Made by a program: the position numbers and the translations under genes
Source: the human T2T-CHM13v2.0 reference genome, Homo sapiens
DNA length: 64,000 nucleotides
Assembly (NCBI RefSeq): GCF_009914755.1
Contig: NC_060926.1
Reading direction: 5' to 3' (one strand)
Notes under the pieces: model-generated
What the model saw: the letters and a program-made list of their open reading frames with translations, nothing else
What the model was told of the DNA's origin: nothing
Databases searched by the model: none
In this document: in pieces, positions 27,946 through 41,842 of the stretch
Numbering within the stretch: the stretch's first letter is position 1
Layout of the letters: the number at the start of each line of letters is the position of its first letter

Positions 27946-28179
27946 TTGAATACCTAAGTATAGGAGAGCTGCCTCTCACCCCTGATGCAAAGAGACCACA
28001 GACACATGGTCCCAGGATTTGAGTCTAGGAACAGGATAGCAAAGGAAAAAGGATTCGAGTTCTTCCAAACATGACTTGTTTTGTGACAACAGAAAAATCA
28101 CTTTACTTGTTTAGACCACAGCCTCATCTGCTAAAGAAAGGTTTTGAAATAATGGTGTAGGTAATCCCCCGATTATATT

Positions 28180-28970
28180 TAAGGACATTAGAGGTTCTTT
28201 CTAGGTAAGTGGATACAATAGTAGACACAATGGTAAAAGTACTTAGGGAGCCCATAAGCCTCTCCTATGCTTATGAAGCCAAATTCCAGGGAGGGGAGAG
28301 AGATAATAAAGGAAAATGAACAACATGCTGGGCAAGGATTAATGCCAAGAAGGGAAATGAAGCAGGCTGAAGAGAAAGACAGAGCACGTGTGGTGGATGT
28401 CGCCAGACACAGGCTGGTCATCACAAGTCTCTCTGGGAAGGTGATATTTAAACAGAGATCTGCAGGAAAGGAGGAAGCAGCCATGTAGATAACTCAGAGA
28501 AAATGATCCCAGCCTGGAGGAACAGAAAGTGCAAATTAAGCCCCAAGGCTGGAATGTGCCTGGAAGTTTGAGAAATCAGAAGGAAACCTGTGTGGCTATA
28601 GGGGTGAGCTGGCAGGTAGCTGGTTTACACGGGACACTGTGGCTGGTTCTACTGCTGGTAAGGACCCTGCCTTTTAATCTGACTCATTAAACCTGACTCA
28701 TTTAATCTGAAGCCACTAAAAGACTTCTAGTAAACAGTAATAACTTCTAACTTAAGTTTCAGGAAGACCACTCTGGATGTTTTCTAGAGAAAGGATTTCA
28801 AGGAAGTAAGCATATAAGAGGAAAATCAGTTGAGGAAGCTGTTGTAATATGCCAAGCGAAAATGATGACGGTCTGGTCACAAGTGGAAGTGACAGAGGTG
28901 GTCAAAGGTGGTAAAATTCTGCATCTATTTTACAGGTATAGCTAACAGGATTTGCTGATGGGTTGATATG
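28180..28970 (-). mobile_element. L2 relic
   Basis: 'aaggtgatatttaaacagagatctgcaggaaaggaggaagcagccatg...aattctgcatctattttacagg...ggatttgctgatggg'. Confidence 0.75.
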
Positions 28971-30978
28971 ACACCCCAAAGAGTAAAGTTCTCTCCCTGC
29001 CTGATTTTACAAGATGAATTCTTGGCAGAAGGGGTGGCAAGTGCAAACGAAATCCCAGAAAATGTGATCCTCGCAGCACTTGAGTCAATGGAATATCCGA
29101 GACATTGGGTTGGGTGTAAAGGGAGAAAAGTACGTCTGAGGAATCTAACTTAGCATCCTGCTGTGCATATGAGCCTCAAATCTTTACAACTGTGTGTTAG
29201 ATTATTCATCAATATTCTTTGTCTCCTTTATGTTAGCAGGTCTTAGAAATAAAGCCCACTGTTGTGTAGTGTACAACAGGCCATGTGGCCATTTGGTGAC
29301 CAACTTATAAAGGAAAATCAGTTTTGCCCAGGCTGAATTTCGGAATCAAGAAAATCTGATTAGGAACTCAACCCCCTGTTGAAAAAAAAAAAAAAAACTT
29401 GGCAATCTAAGGGGAATCACAAACTTGACTTCATACTTGGTTGCTTTGACTGTCAGTTGTATTCAGATAATTGGCAGTAGCACCATCTCACCATAATTTT
29501 CTTTTCAGAATATGCCAGAATTTAAAGTGCTGTTTTAACATGTCACAGTGGATATGCAGTGAGCTTTGACTATTGCAGCCACAGATTTGTATCTACGAGT
29601 TCGACATCTCATCTAGGGAAACCTGGCACTACTCATGGTGACTGTTAGTGTAAACTGCCCCAGAAAACTTAGCACCATGCAGGCACACATACACACCTCG
29701 CTCATCGAGCTATGCAACTTTAATTTGATTGATTCAGATATTTTAATATTATATATGCTATTTTTAAAACACTTTATTTTGTCCCTATCAGTTACTTAAG
29801 AATAAATTCAGTTGTAAGTTCATTCCTTCCTGGACAATATTTAAGCCCATGCTAAGGGTTTCCTTACTTCAAAATCTCTCATTATTCAATATGTTTTCTT
29901 AAATTGATAAGACTTTACTGACCACACACCGTTTGTTGATCCATGCTTAAGGCTTTTCAAAAAGAACTTGACATTTAGGAGAAGAGACCAAGAACAAAAG
30001 GTCAGAAAGAAATACTGAGATACAGGTGTAAGCAATTATTCCTGTTCTTCTCCTATCACCTCTTATGCATGTTATTTTCTGGCTAACCTTGAATTTCCCA
30101 TATTATTCAATCTGAAGAAGTAAACTCAAAGTGGTGACAAATCTTCGTCCAGGTTGGTCAGAAGTGAGTGAGACTGAATTTTCATGGGGTCTGATTTAAA
30201 GAACACAGGAGAGCCTCCATGCTGAGAAATTTCTCCTGATGCCTAATTCAGAGCCTGAAATTTTAGCGTTATGATTGCATCCCCTTCGTTACAGACTCTC
30301 TCTGGACTTTACTTTGAAATTCTAACTGCCCCTGAAAATATCAATAAACTAAATCAATATAGATAGGTACCCTGGAGATCTTCCTGTGTGACTAGCAGTT
30401 TGTAGTAAAAGCACTAGCAACAGAAGAAAGAAGAACAACTTCCAGTAAAAGGTGGGAAATGAACCCAAGTAGGGCACATGATGGGGTAGGAGAAGATATC
30501 AAAAAGAAACCTCTGTCTAACCTAAAATGTGGCCTTCCAAGATGACTGAGGGCACAGGGTTGAAATAGGAGGAGGCTGCCGATTGAACACTGGATTTGGC
30601 AAGATAAAGGTAGTCAGTGACATTGTTAAGTACAGTGGTGGGAATGAAAGAGCAAATAGAATGGATTGAAGTGAGAATGGGACATTTCATTTTCCTAGTA
30701 AAATGAAATAAATGGGAAGCAGCCAACAGCAGGCATCCTTTCATCAGTCTTCAATCACCGTTGCTTACACATGCCTGGGATCTTTGCACTGTATGACTAC
30801 CAGAATTCAAAAAGATCCAACTACTTTGATTAAATACTGTGCCCACGGACATAAAATGAAAAATTAGGACTAGAGGGTTAAAGGAAGAACTGGGAAAGAT
30901 GATGTAAAGACCCATTCAAGAAGTTTAACTGTAAAACACAAAGAACAATTGAATGATTACTTGAAAAGTTTAAGTGAA

Positions 30979-30979
30979 G

Positions 30980-31019
<40 letters not shown>
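30979..31019. repeat. Compound (TG)n(AG)n microsatellite
   Basis: Directly visible. Confidence 0.95.
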
Positions 31020-31124
31020 TTATTTTCTATTCCCAATAAAAATAATATCTGGAATGTAATGAACATTGAGTTTATTATTTTGTTTTTTGATCCATGCTTA
31101 AGGCTTGCATTCCAGGTAAAAGCC

Positions 31125-31300
31125 TGTTTTCATGTATTAGCTCATTTAAGACTTAAAACAACCATACGAGGAAGGCACTATTATCCCCATTTTACAGAAG
31201 GAAAATGGAAGCACAGAAAGATTATCAACTTATCAAAGGTCACAAAGAAAGAATGTGGGGAAAGAATTGAGATTTTATTCCAGGTGGGTGACAGTTAATT
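31125..31300 (-). mobile_element. MIR SINE
   Basis: 'catgtattagctcatttaa...ctattatccccattttacagaaggaaaatggaagcacagaaag...aaggtcacaaag'. Confidence 0.8.
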
Positions 31301-32496
31301 GTTATGGTTTGTTAAGAAATTAGTAGCTCCCACAACCTTTTAAAATATTCTCTATGTCAGTACTAAAACATTATGCTGTTATTTATATACTTCTATGTCT
31401 GTGTTTCTATTTCTCTATCTTATGTAATTCTTAAGTGTAGGTACTCACTGCCTTTTGTCCTTTCAAGAGCTTAAACAACGCCTGGTATGTGACAACAGCA
31501 ACAACAACAGGAACATTAAATCTTTATCCAAAATTAACAGTATACCAGACACCAGGGAAGTGCTTTCTTCAGCGTATCTTTTTTTTTTTTTTTTGAAGAA
31601 AAGAAAGAAGAGATGTAGGGAGGGAGGAAAGAGTTGGAAACAAATGAAAGGAAAGGAAAGCAAAGGGAAGGTAGGTTGCTTCTAACTATAGAGGCAATCT
31701 GCCATAAAGAAAAACAGAGGGTAAAGAGCCAGTGGAGGAACAGATATTTTATGAGAACATGAACTACATTTTATTTTTGCTCTGCTCAATGTTTTTAAAA
31801 TTCAGTCTAAGACTTAATGTAAATCTATTTGAAAGGAGTTGCTAAATTTTAACTGGAAATATTTCTTTGTGCTAAATAATCTTTATAGCATTCTAAATTA
31901 CAGCCAAGTAGCAATATCATTACAGAGCTGTTTAGCCATAGCAGTTTATGTGGAAAGTCAGAAGAAGGTGATGATGCATATCAAAATATATAATAAAGAA
32001 CTTTTAAAAATCATGGGTATCTTGATTTACTCAAAATACTTTTTATTTAGCCATTTTAATGCATTCAAGATTAACAGGAAGAATGAAACTAACCACTGGG
32101 AACTGCAAAATGTCCATGAAATGATAATAATATTCTGTACTCTCAAAGCACTTTACAACCATTAACACATTCAACCTCACAGAAGCCTGTGGGATCTGTA
32201 GGTGGTAGGCAGCTTGAATTCACTTTGTGAGAAACAAAAATGGAGATGAAAGCGTTAAGTAGAAATACTCAAGGCTGCACATTGGTGTTGCACTTGGGTG
32301 CACTTGTTATCCTTGGAGGGCTCAGCCCAGGCTTCCCACTGTGCATTGATAGGGCTTGAGAAGACCACCTGCAGCCCCTTGCTTCTTTCCTTCCTTCCCC
32401 CTGGCAACACAGTTCTTCTCACACAACATCCAGAGAAAATGTGTGCACATTGAAGAATCACAGAATGAAAGGTGTCTGACCTAAGTTCCTCACCCA

Positions 32497-32515
32497 TAGC
32501 GCCCCCTGGGAGGTG
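32497..32515 (-). promoter_or_regulatory. Candidate CTCF-binding motif
   Basis: Minus strand reads CACCTCCCAGGGGGCGCTA; the 3' 13 nt match the CTCF core consensus. Confidence 0.45.
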
Positions 32516-34489
32516 CTTGTATAGCCTCTGCTGGCCAATTTGCTCTCAGTAGAAGCTCACACTCCTGAAGGAGCCCCTTCCAAAGTTGACCTCCTCTAAG
32601 TAGAAAGATGAGGGCATGGAATTCATTCAGGGCTTGTTGACTGAGAGAAGATTGGGTAGAACTCGGGAGCCAAGGCCATTTCTACATTTCATGAGCACTT
32701 CTCAATGCTCTGATGCTAAACATACTATCCAGAGAGCAGGTGTACATGGTATTGCTGTCAAAGTGTGCTCTTCCTTTGGAGGTTGCATTTAGGGTAAAAA
32801 AGCACTGAGACCAGAAATAAGACCAAGGATAGTTCATGCTTGTGGCATTTCTCCAGATGGAACAAACTTAGGCACCCCAACATACTCTATTATCAGTTCG
32901 AGTGCTCCCACTCCACTAAGGAACCCTACCACCTCCTCATCCTCCCCCACCCCTACACACTAGAGCCTATCAGCACTTCAGAGGTCCTTCAGCACACTCT
33001 CAGTTCTTTACATATGAAACACCCATGGCATCTTTATGTTAAAGTCAGACAATATTTTTTGAGTGCTAGAAATATGCCAAGCCCTGAGGTACGTGCTGAG
33101 GCATCTTCAGGTTCAAATTGATGGACTGCTATAAAGGGAATTACATTATAATAATCCCTACATTTTAAGAGATGTTGGAGCTCAGCCTGAAATCCAGGGT
33201 ACATCTGCACATTAGAGTCCTTTACTTCCTACAGTCGCTGGAGAGAAAATGTTCATTCCCTTGTCCACTTGACACCCACTCCACACAAGGTACTGTGCCA
33301 GGTACACTTAGGAGTCCAACAATATATAATGTATGATCCTTTGGAGTTGATGATACTGCTGAGAAACTGAAATATCACCATACAAAGAATTAGCTAATAA
33401 CTGAAGCTCTTATAGGAAGAGTCATAAAGCAGGTGTAAGCAAGCAGTATCTGAGGACAGTGTAGAAAGCTGGGCTTGCAGAAGCTTAGAAAGGGGAAGCA
33501 TTCCAGCAGGAGGCAGGAGTTAAGCCAAGTCTTGAACAATGAGAAGCAACATGGAAAGAGGGCAGGGAATTTTGTACTTTTATTTCTTGATGTATCCTCA
33601 CCACCAAGAAGAGAAGATTTGTTTGAGTGAATAAGTGAGTGAGTGAATGAGTGAAGATATCCCAGGAAAAGAGCCTGTCAGGTATAAGGTGAAAGTTGAA
33701 AGATACTGTCACTTTTGACAAAGAAGACTGCTATATCTCCAAGTCTATGATATATTAAGTGATGCTCATATCAGCGGCGATGATAGGGAATAGGAGAGCA
33801 AAGAATAAAGATTTTAAAAACATCACACTTGAAAACAGATAGGTATGCAGTAGCCACTATATAAACGTTAGCTGACTTGAATGAATTACCACTCTGGAAA
33901 ACCTACACTTTAGATTTAGCTCTGGGTTGCTGTGATGACAAGCTGTCTGGCTTCTTTGCAAGCCACCCAGAATCAGAAAGAATCAGAAAGGAATGGGAGC
34001 CCATTAGTCTGAGTCAAGGACTGACTCTAAACAGCTTGAAATGCCAGGCCTGGAGTTTGGACCTCAGCCTTGCGGCCAGTCACATTCCCCTGTCCATGCT
34101 AGAAAAAGCACATCCACACTCTTGCCTGGCTATTGCTGGTTAGAAATGCCAAATTCACATTGCATAAGGCCCGGGTATTTAACATCATACTAAGTGGGAT
34201 CCAATGGGGAAAACTAATATATTATAAAACCAAAATAGCTTTTACTTCTCTTCTGATTATGTGAAAGGAAGGGTCCAACATAGAGAATGGTGATCTGCTG
34301 ATATAGAAAAAATGTTTTCCCAGGCAATCTCTCCTATCCCATAATATATATTTGTTCTAATTTCAGCCCGCACCAAGACCCCAGGAGGTGATGATTTTAA
34401 AGATAATATTGGTTTGTTTATTCCTTTTTAAGTAATGTTTTTATTCCATTTTTTAAATTAAGGTATAGCAAAGTGCAAAATTTTAATTG

Positions 34490-34635
34490 TAGATACATGC
34501 AACAATATGGATAAACCTCAAAGATATTTAGTTGAGCAAAAGAAGCCAGGCCAAAAAAAAAAAAAAAAAAAGCCACATAGAATCGGATGCATTTATATGA
34601 AGTGCAAGAAGCGGAAAAAGTAATTCATAGTGATT
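34490..34635 (+). mobile_element. Old L1 (L1M) 3' UTR fragment with internal poly(A) expansion
   Basis: 'gatacatgcaacaatatggataaacctcaaag...gagcaaaagaagccag...catttatatgaag'. Confidence 0.75.
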
Positions 34636-36945
34636 TGTTTTTAATTGAGGTTATCTAAACTTCCTTCTCCTTGAAGATGCCAGTGACTGTTTATTTGGTT
34701 TAATTTGCAATATAATCATTCCTTCTTTAAATGAATACTTGACATGACCTCCAAAATTGTTCCATAAAGTGGTGAGAGAGGATGGATTGTACTCAGAGTT
34801 GATGTTCAGTTTCCTCTACTCCTTTTCTATCTTGAAAAACACAACATTAAAGAATCCTTGTTAGGGTGAGTCCGTCATAATGTCTTGTACAAAGGCCTCA
34901 TTTCACAGATGGGAGCGTTAAGGGTAAGCAGAAGGTCACAGTGACAAAGCTCCCACCAAAATTCACATCCTCCAACTCATAATTCACATTCTCTCTTCAA
35001 AAGCCAAAACAAGCCTGTCTCTATACACATCTATAAATGTGTGTGCCTAGACAAGTTTCAATTGATTGCAAAGTTTAGTCAGTAACTAATTTCTCACAGA
35101 GCGGTTTAGCAAGGAGTCCAGAAAGGTAGGAGAATTATCTATTTTCTTTATGTGGATTTACCTACAATCCCACCAACGAAATCTAAGGGAATTTTAAAAC
35201 ATGTGGCTTAAGAACACTGAAGCAGGTAGACTCAAAACTGAACTCTCATTTAATTTGGGTATTCCTACTTATAATGATTTGTTTCTCCTGTAACTCAGGT
35301 TTAAAGCCAAATAAAATGGGAAAGATATTTATCCAGAGTACACAGCCAATTTGATAGCTATTGCATGGAAAGTTGTTGACACCACAGTAAAATTCCAGCC
35401 AGCACATTCATTTTTTAAAAGATTTTATTTTAAAGTAAGCATAAACCTTCCACTTACTTGACCAAATAGACCACCCTCTTAAGTAATGTGTTCCCGCCTC
35501 TACCATAAACCTTCTCAGCACCCAGCCAGGTCTCGGGCTCATGCACACTTGGCGTGCTCATGATATGGAATGTCTTATAACAGTTCCCACATTGCCACGT
35601 GTCAGCAGGCTCTACTTACATTTTTCAGTAACTGTGTATATGACTTCTTTTCTCACTCTGAAATATTCAAGGGCAGAAACCAAGTCTTAATTCCAAGGCT
35701 TGGTTTTCTTATCTGTAAAATGGAGATAATATCAGTCTCTTAGAGTTGTGGAAAGGGTTATGTGCTTGGATTGAAGAACATTTCTCACAGTTCCTAGTCT
35801 ACTTTCCATTTCAGTAAAAGGCACCATTTACTCATTATCTTGAATGCATTTCATCAGCTCTGTCATTCATTGAAATGAGAAACAATGAATAATCAACACA
35901 AGTCATTATCATAATCAACAAGAGCATTGCTATCATTACCTTCTTAGAAGGACAGAGCATCAGAGACTTGGGCCTGTGGAAGAATCATAGAATGCTGAAT
36001 GCTTTGGGGGTGCCTGACTACATTCAATGCCCCACCCACAGTGTATGCTCTGAGAAATGCTTGTCTAGTCCCTGCCTGAATACTTGCGGTGACAAGAAGA
36101 TATAATTCTCAAGATAGCTACTTCCAAAGTTGATGTCCTCTAAGTAGAAGCAGACCTTCCCCGTACTTACATTTGCATCATTTAGTTTAGGAGACACTTA
36201 TTAAATGAATCAATAGTTATTACCCTAAAAACAGAGGTGACTGATGCTGAAGGCTCTCAGGCTCCCTGGAGTTAGAAACACCACTGATATCAAATAAACG
36301 CTATGTGGAATTAGCAAGGACACCGTTTACTCTTGGGCTTCGTTCAAGTGGCCCTCTCCTCTCCTTGTTCACCACACAGAATATTTTCCCAGGCCCTGCT
36401 TACCACAAATTCTGCAGCCCTGTTTTTGAGCCTGGGTTAATAGTCTTTTAAAGTCTGTGAGATGACCAGAAATCCTGGCTTTGCTGGCTCCTGAAGCCAC
36501 AAAAGAAACAAATATTACCACTTTGAAGCGGACCTCCTGGTTGTCATGAAAGAAAGAGTGACTCCCACTTTCCAAGCGGAATGGAGATGATAGTTATTTT
36601 TATAGATGGTTCTACACATAGATTATACCAACTTATTTTGTTTGCAATAAAACTGAAATACTACTAATAATTATTTTTATCACTAACTCTGATCTTCCCT
36701 GGCTCATGGTTTAGTGCATATATATATATTTTCAAAAATCAATATTTAATAAAGTTATCAGTGTCTGTGGCCTAAATTGAATCCCCCCAACCCTTCCCAC
36801 ACACACTCCCACCTTCTTTGAGGATCTGAAGAGACTACAGCTTTCTCCAGGCGGCTCACAGCTCTTCACTTTAGAGAGCAATGCTTCCTTACAGTACTTG
36901 CCTCCCCACATGCTAACTTTTTGTTCTGAAAAAGTAGCCACTTCC

Positions 36946-37360
<415 letters not shown>

Positions 37361-37849
37361 TCATGATTCCTCAAACTCCTGTCTTCCCTGCTAGCTATAA
37401 AGCAAAGATCAGAAATAATACTCATTAGAGAGCCACTGCTTTTTCTCACACTCTCAGTTACTATTGTCCACTTATACCAGAAATTCTTATAAAAATCCTA
37501 ACTCCTGCCTTGAATCTCTTTCAAGAAACATTTTCAGGAATAAATGTGCAAAGAAATGAGATATTTAAATAACCATTCCAGATAGTAGTTAACAATCTGC
37601 TCCATGAAGTCATCCATGCTTTCAATGCCTTCCTTTAACAAAGCAGCACCCGTGAAGATAACAAAAGGTAGACCATACAGCAGAGCTAACTGCAAAATAT
37701 GATCAAGTCCCCAGGGAAGAGGTAGGATCCACAGATTATTTGAAAATTTTACAAAATAGTCACAGATTTCTAAGTTGTGTCTATGGCATCTATTACACAG
37801 AGGGCACTTCAGGTCAAATGAGAACAATGATGAAAATAACAATGATAAT

Positions 37850-38040
37850 GACAGTAGTTAACATGTGTTGTGCAACCTACCAGATGCTAGATGTTATGCT
37901 AAACACTTTGAATTATCTTCATGGTCATAAGAGTACCCATATAAGGAGATATCACCCTCATTTTGCATATGAGGAAACAGATGCTGCAAGAAATTATTTG
38001 CCAAAATCATGTCTAGCTAAGAGATGGTAGAATTAGAATA
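37850..38040 (-). mobile_element. MIR SINE (target of the adjacent Alu)
   Basis: 'gctaaacactttg...ccctcattttgcatatgaggaaacagatgc'. Confidence 0.7.
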
Positions 38041-38044
38041 AGCA

Positions 38045-38350
38045 GCCTGGGTGCAGTGGCTTACACGTGTAATTCCAGCACTTTGGGAGGCCAAGATGGG
38101 TGGATCACCTGAGGTCAGGAGTTCAAGACCAGCCTGGCCAAAATGGTGAAACCCGATCTCTACTACAAAATGCAAAAATTAGCTGGGTGTGGTGGCGGAC
38201 ACCTGTAATCCCAGCTACTTGGGAGGCTGAGGCAGGGAGAATTGTTTGAACCCGGGAGGTGAAGGTTGCAGAGAGCCAAGATCACACCATTGCACTCCAG
38301 CCAGGCGACAAATCGAGACTCTGTCTCAAAAAAAAAAAAAAAAAAAAAAA
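38045..38350 (+). mobile_element. AluSx-like
   Basis: Full dimer with poly(A); 'ttagaataag' present on both sides. Confidence 0.95.
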
Positions 38351-38686
38351 TTTAGAATAAGGAGATATGCAATGATGCAATGTATTTATTAGCTTCCTAA
38401 CATGGAAGGACCTCACATGTGAGTCCTAAGCTTTCCTCACCAGCATCCTCCTTGGCCCCAAACCTCTGATCACACTATCACATTGCCAATATGATTGTGA
38501 AAATATAAATAAATACGGAAAAATAAACGCCTTATAGAACAATCCATTCTTACTGCATAACTGAACTAAGCTACTCCTTTCAGGTTGCTCAGTTCTGGAC
38601 TGTATTCTGATTCTGTTATACTTTCTAAGTTTTCATGTCCATATAACCTTACTAGCCCAGATAGAATAATATAAAAGAACAAATGC

Positions 38687-38983
38687 GGCCGAGCATGGTG
38701 GCTCACGCCTGTAATCTCAGCACTTTGGGAGGCCGAGGCAGGCAGATCACCTGAGGTCAGGAGTTTGAGACCAACCTGGCCAACAGGGTGAAACCCCATC
38801 TCTACTAAAAGTACAAAAATTAGCAGGGCATGGTGGCATGCACCTGTAATCCCAGCTACTCAGAGGCTGAGGCAGAAGAATTTCTTGAACCTGGGAGGCA
38901 GCAGTTGCAGTGAGCAGAGATCAAGCCATTGCACTCCAGCCTGGGCAACAGAGCAAGACTCCATCTAAAAAAAAAAAAAAAAA
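38687..38983 (+). mobile_element. AluS (Sx/Sq-like)
   Basis: Full dimer; TSD aaagaacaaatg / aaagaataagtg. Confidence 0.95.
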
Positions 38984-39049
38984 GAATAAGTGTGATTCAA
39001 TGAAAGAAAGTTTTTTAATCTCCACCAATATTTCAATACAGAGCCTTTT

Positions 39050-39275
39050 ACAGTTAAACAGCCTATGTTGTTACTAAACGTCATCATCTACTGTGTGATT
39101 TGTAAGTTATTTAACCTTTACAAGTTTAATTTTCATCATCTGTAAGAAGCAGATAATACCTATCTCACTGATAGCTCATGAGTTTCAAATTAAATAATAT
39201 ATATATATATATATATAACAACCAACAGAGTGATTGGCACATAGTAATTTCTCAATAAATAATGAAATATTTATC
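39050..39275 (+). mobile_element. MIR SINE with internal (TA)n
   Basis: 'ctactgtgtgatttgtaagttatttaacc...tcatctgtaag...ggcacatagtaatttctcaataaat'. Confidence 0.7.
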
Positions 39276-40191
39276 ATTGTATTATCTCATCATCATGAAA
39301 GTATAAGAATTGTTTATGGACAATTTATTCGCAGAATATTTATTTTCCATAAAATTAGAAAAGTGACCTCAAGATTAAGAAATCATACCATGTACTCAGT
39401 GCAGAAATTTTCTTTGTAATTTCATAGTTGACTGTGACATTTTTATTTATAAGAATTTCTGAAGGAAAATCAGCATTAATTTTACCCTAAAACATTAAAT
39501 TGTTTAGTTACTAACTAACAGAACATAAATATTTTCCCTCTTATTTTAGGTAACATGAAATATCATGTTTTGATTTTGTTATTAAAATCTCACTATAGTA
39601 TCCCTCAAAAATGACTGTAATTTTCAGTTAAAATTACATTAAAATATGATCAAATTTGTGAAGATCCTACAAAATTTTGACTTTTAAAAACCATTTTAAA
39701 ACACTTAGGGTAAGTGTAGCTCATTTTTGCAGGACGCGTAGTCTAAAAGGTTAAGCTTTATGTTGAAATCTCTTGCTTTAAAATTCTGTGTCTGCCATGT
39801 GAGAGGTGTATAAAGTAGAAGAAAATGTGTACTTAATGGTCCCCAATTCATGAGCCAATAAAGGAATATCCTATACGCCTCAAGAAGCTGTGGTTAAGAT
39901 TACAGATGACAATGTATAGAACACAGGGCCATTACATGATAAGTAAGGCACATTAAATGTAAGATGATTGTGATGCTAACAGTGGTTTGTAATATGTGAA
40001 TGGCAGAAGTGTTCAGCTGCCAGTACAACCATCAGTGGCTGATGGTATAATCTAATTCTCAGAGGATTTATTCTGAAGTTTGCTGTAACAAGCGGTGACT
40101 AGGGAAATACATATGGACCATGCGTTGGCCATATGCTTCTGATTACCTACAAAAGGGAAACAGAATTAATGTTAATGAACTTACATTCATT

Positions 40192-40340
40192 CAGTGACTT
40201 TCAAACTTTTGTTTCTGTATACTCTACTAAAGTTTTAGAAAACATATACACTATTTTCCACAGTTTTAATTAGACATCCAAATTTTTTCATCATAAGAAT
40301 GCATAGTTGCAAAGAATATAATTTCTGTCTAGTATATATT
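40192..40340. mobile_element. hAT-Charlie-like DNA transposon fragment
   Basis: Starts with a Charlie-type TIR-like end 'cagtgactttcaaactttt', followed by 'gacatccaaattttttcatcataag...tagttgcaaag'. Confidence 0.45.
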
Positions 40341-41405
40341 CTGACTGTGCTTTAAATATGTGCTACTTCTCAAAACTTTGGAGCTGAAGAATTATCTCAC
40401 TCAATTTATACACACAATCTTCTATATAAGTTAATTCACAAACCAATTTTGGCATCTACTCAATCCATCAAATAAGAATTATTATTATTTTTTGTCAGAA
40501 AATGCCTACTTCAATTTTTCAGTTCAAATAAACTTGTTAATAAATGACTTCATGACAAGTATCTCTCTCCCAAATTCTAATTCAAATATGGATTGACAGG
40601 TAGAAAAAACACAGAGCACTGTCAAGAATATGTCACCTAGATGAAACAGGGCCACATATTCTCACTTTGCTTCTACGGGACTTTTCTCTGAAGCAAGACA
40701 TTTTCCTCTGGCCTTTTGTTTGGTGCCTCAGAAGTGTTTACCTCCCAGGGCAATGAACTACAGTGGGAGTCATGATAGGTGAGAAATTGATCTTTCTTTA
40801 TTAACTAGAAGGCAGAAATTTGTGAAAAGGAGGTGGGAAAGAAGAATGGCAGTGCAAAAGAACTTTTTCAAGAATCGATTTTAGGAAAGAGGACATTTGA
40901 ATCTGAAAATTGATTTTCTTAAAGATGTATATACTCTCACATAGTCCTGGACAGTTTTTATATATATCCAAGTAAACACTCATACCAGTTGGAAGATAGC
41001 CACCTTATACAATCCTCTTCCAGTATGTGGGAAAATGATCTATATTTCAACAGTCACTTAAACAATCAGAGAGACTTTAAAAATCTTAAAATGTCAGTTC
41101 TGGGCATCTGGAGAACATCTTTAAGTCTAAAGTCTCAATCATTGTCTGCTTTGTGGAGGAGAAAACTGAGTCTCAAAGAATTGAAAAGATGTGTCCTCAA
41201 TTGCCAAAATAGTTCTTGAACAAAGGTTCAAGGTATTATGGATCTAGAAATACCCATGAATAAAAGTCTATATTCATTCATTTTCTACCTCTCTCTTCCC
41301 AAACATAATTGAGCCCCTTCTTGGATCCTGAAATTATGAAAGAAACTAATAATTTGGACATACATCATGCTATCAAAAAATGTAATGTGTGTGCAAAAAG
41401 TCTAA

Positions 41406-41842
<437 letters not shown>

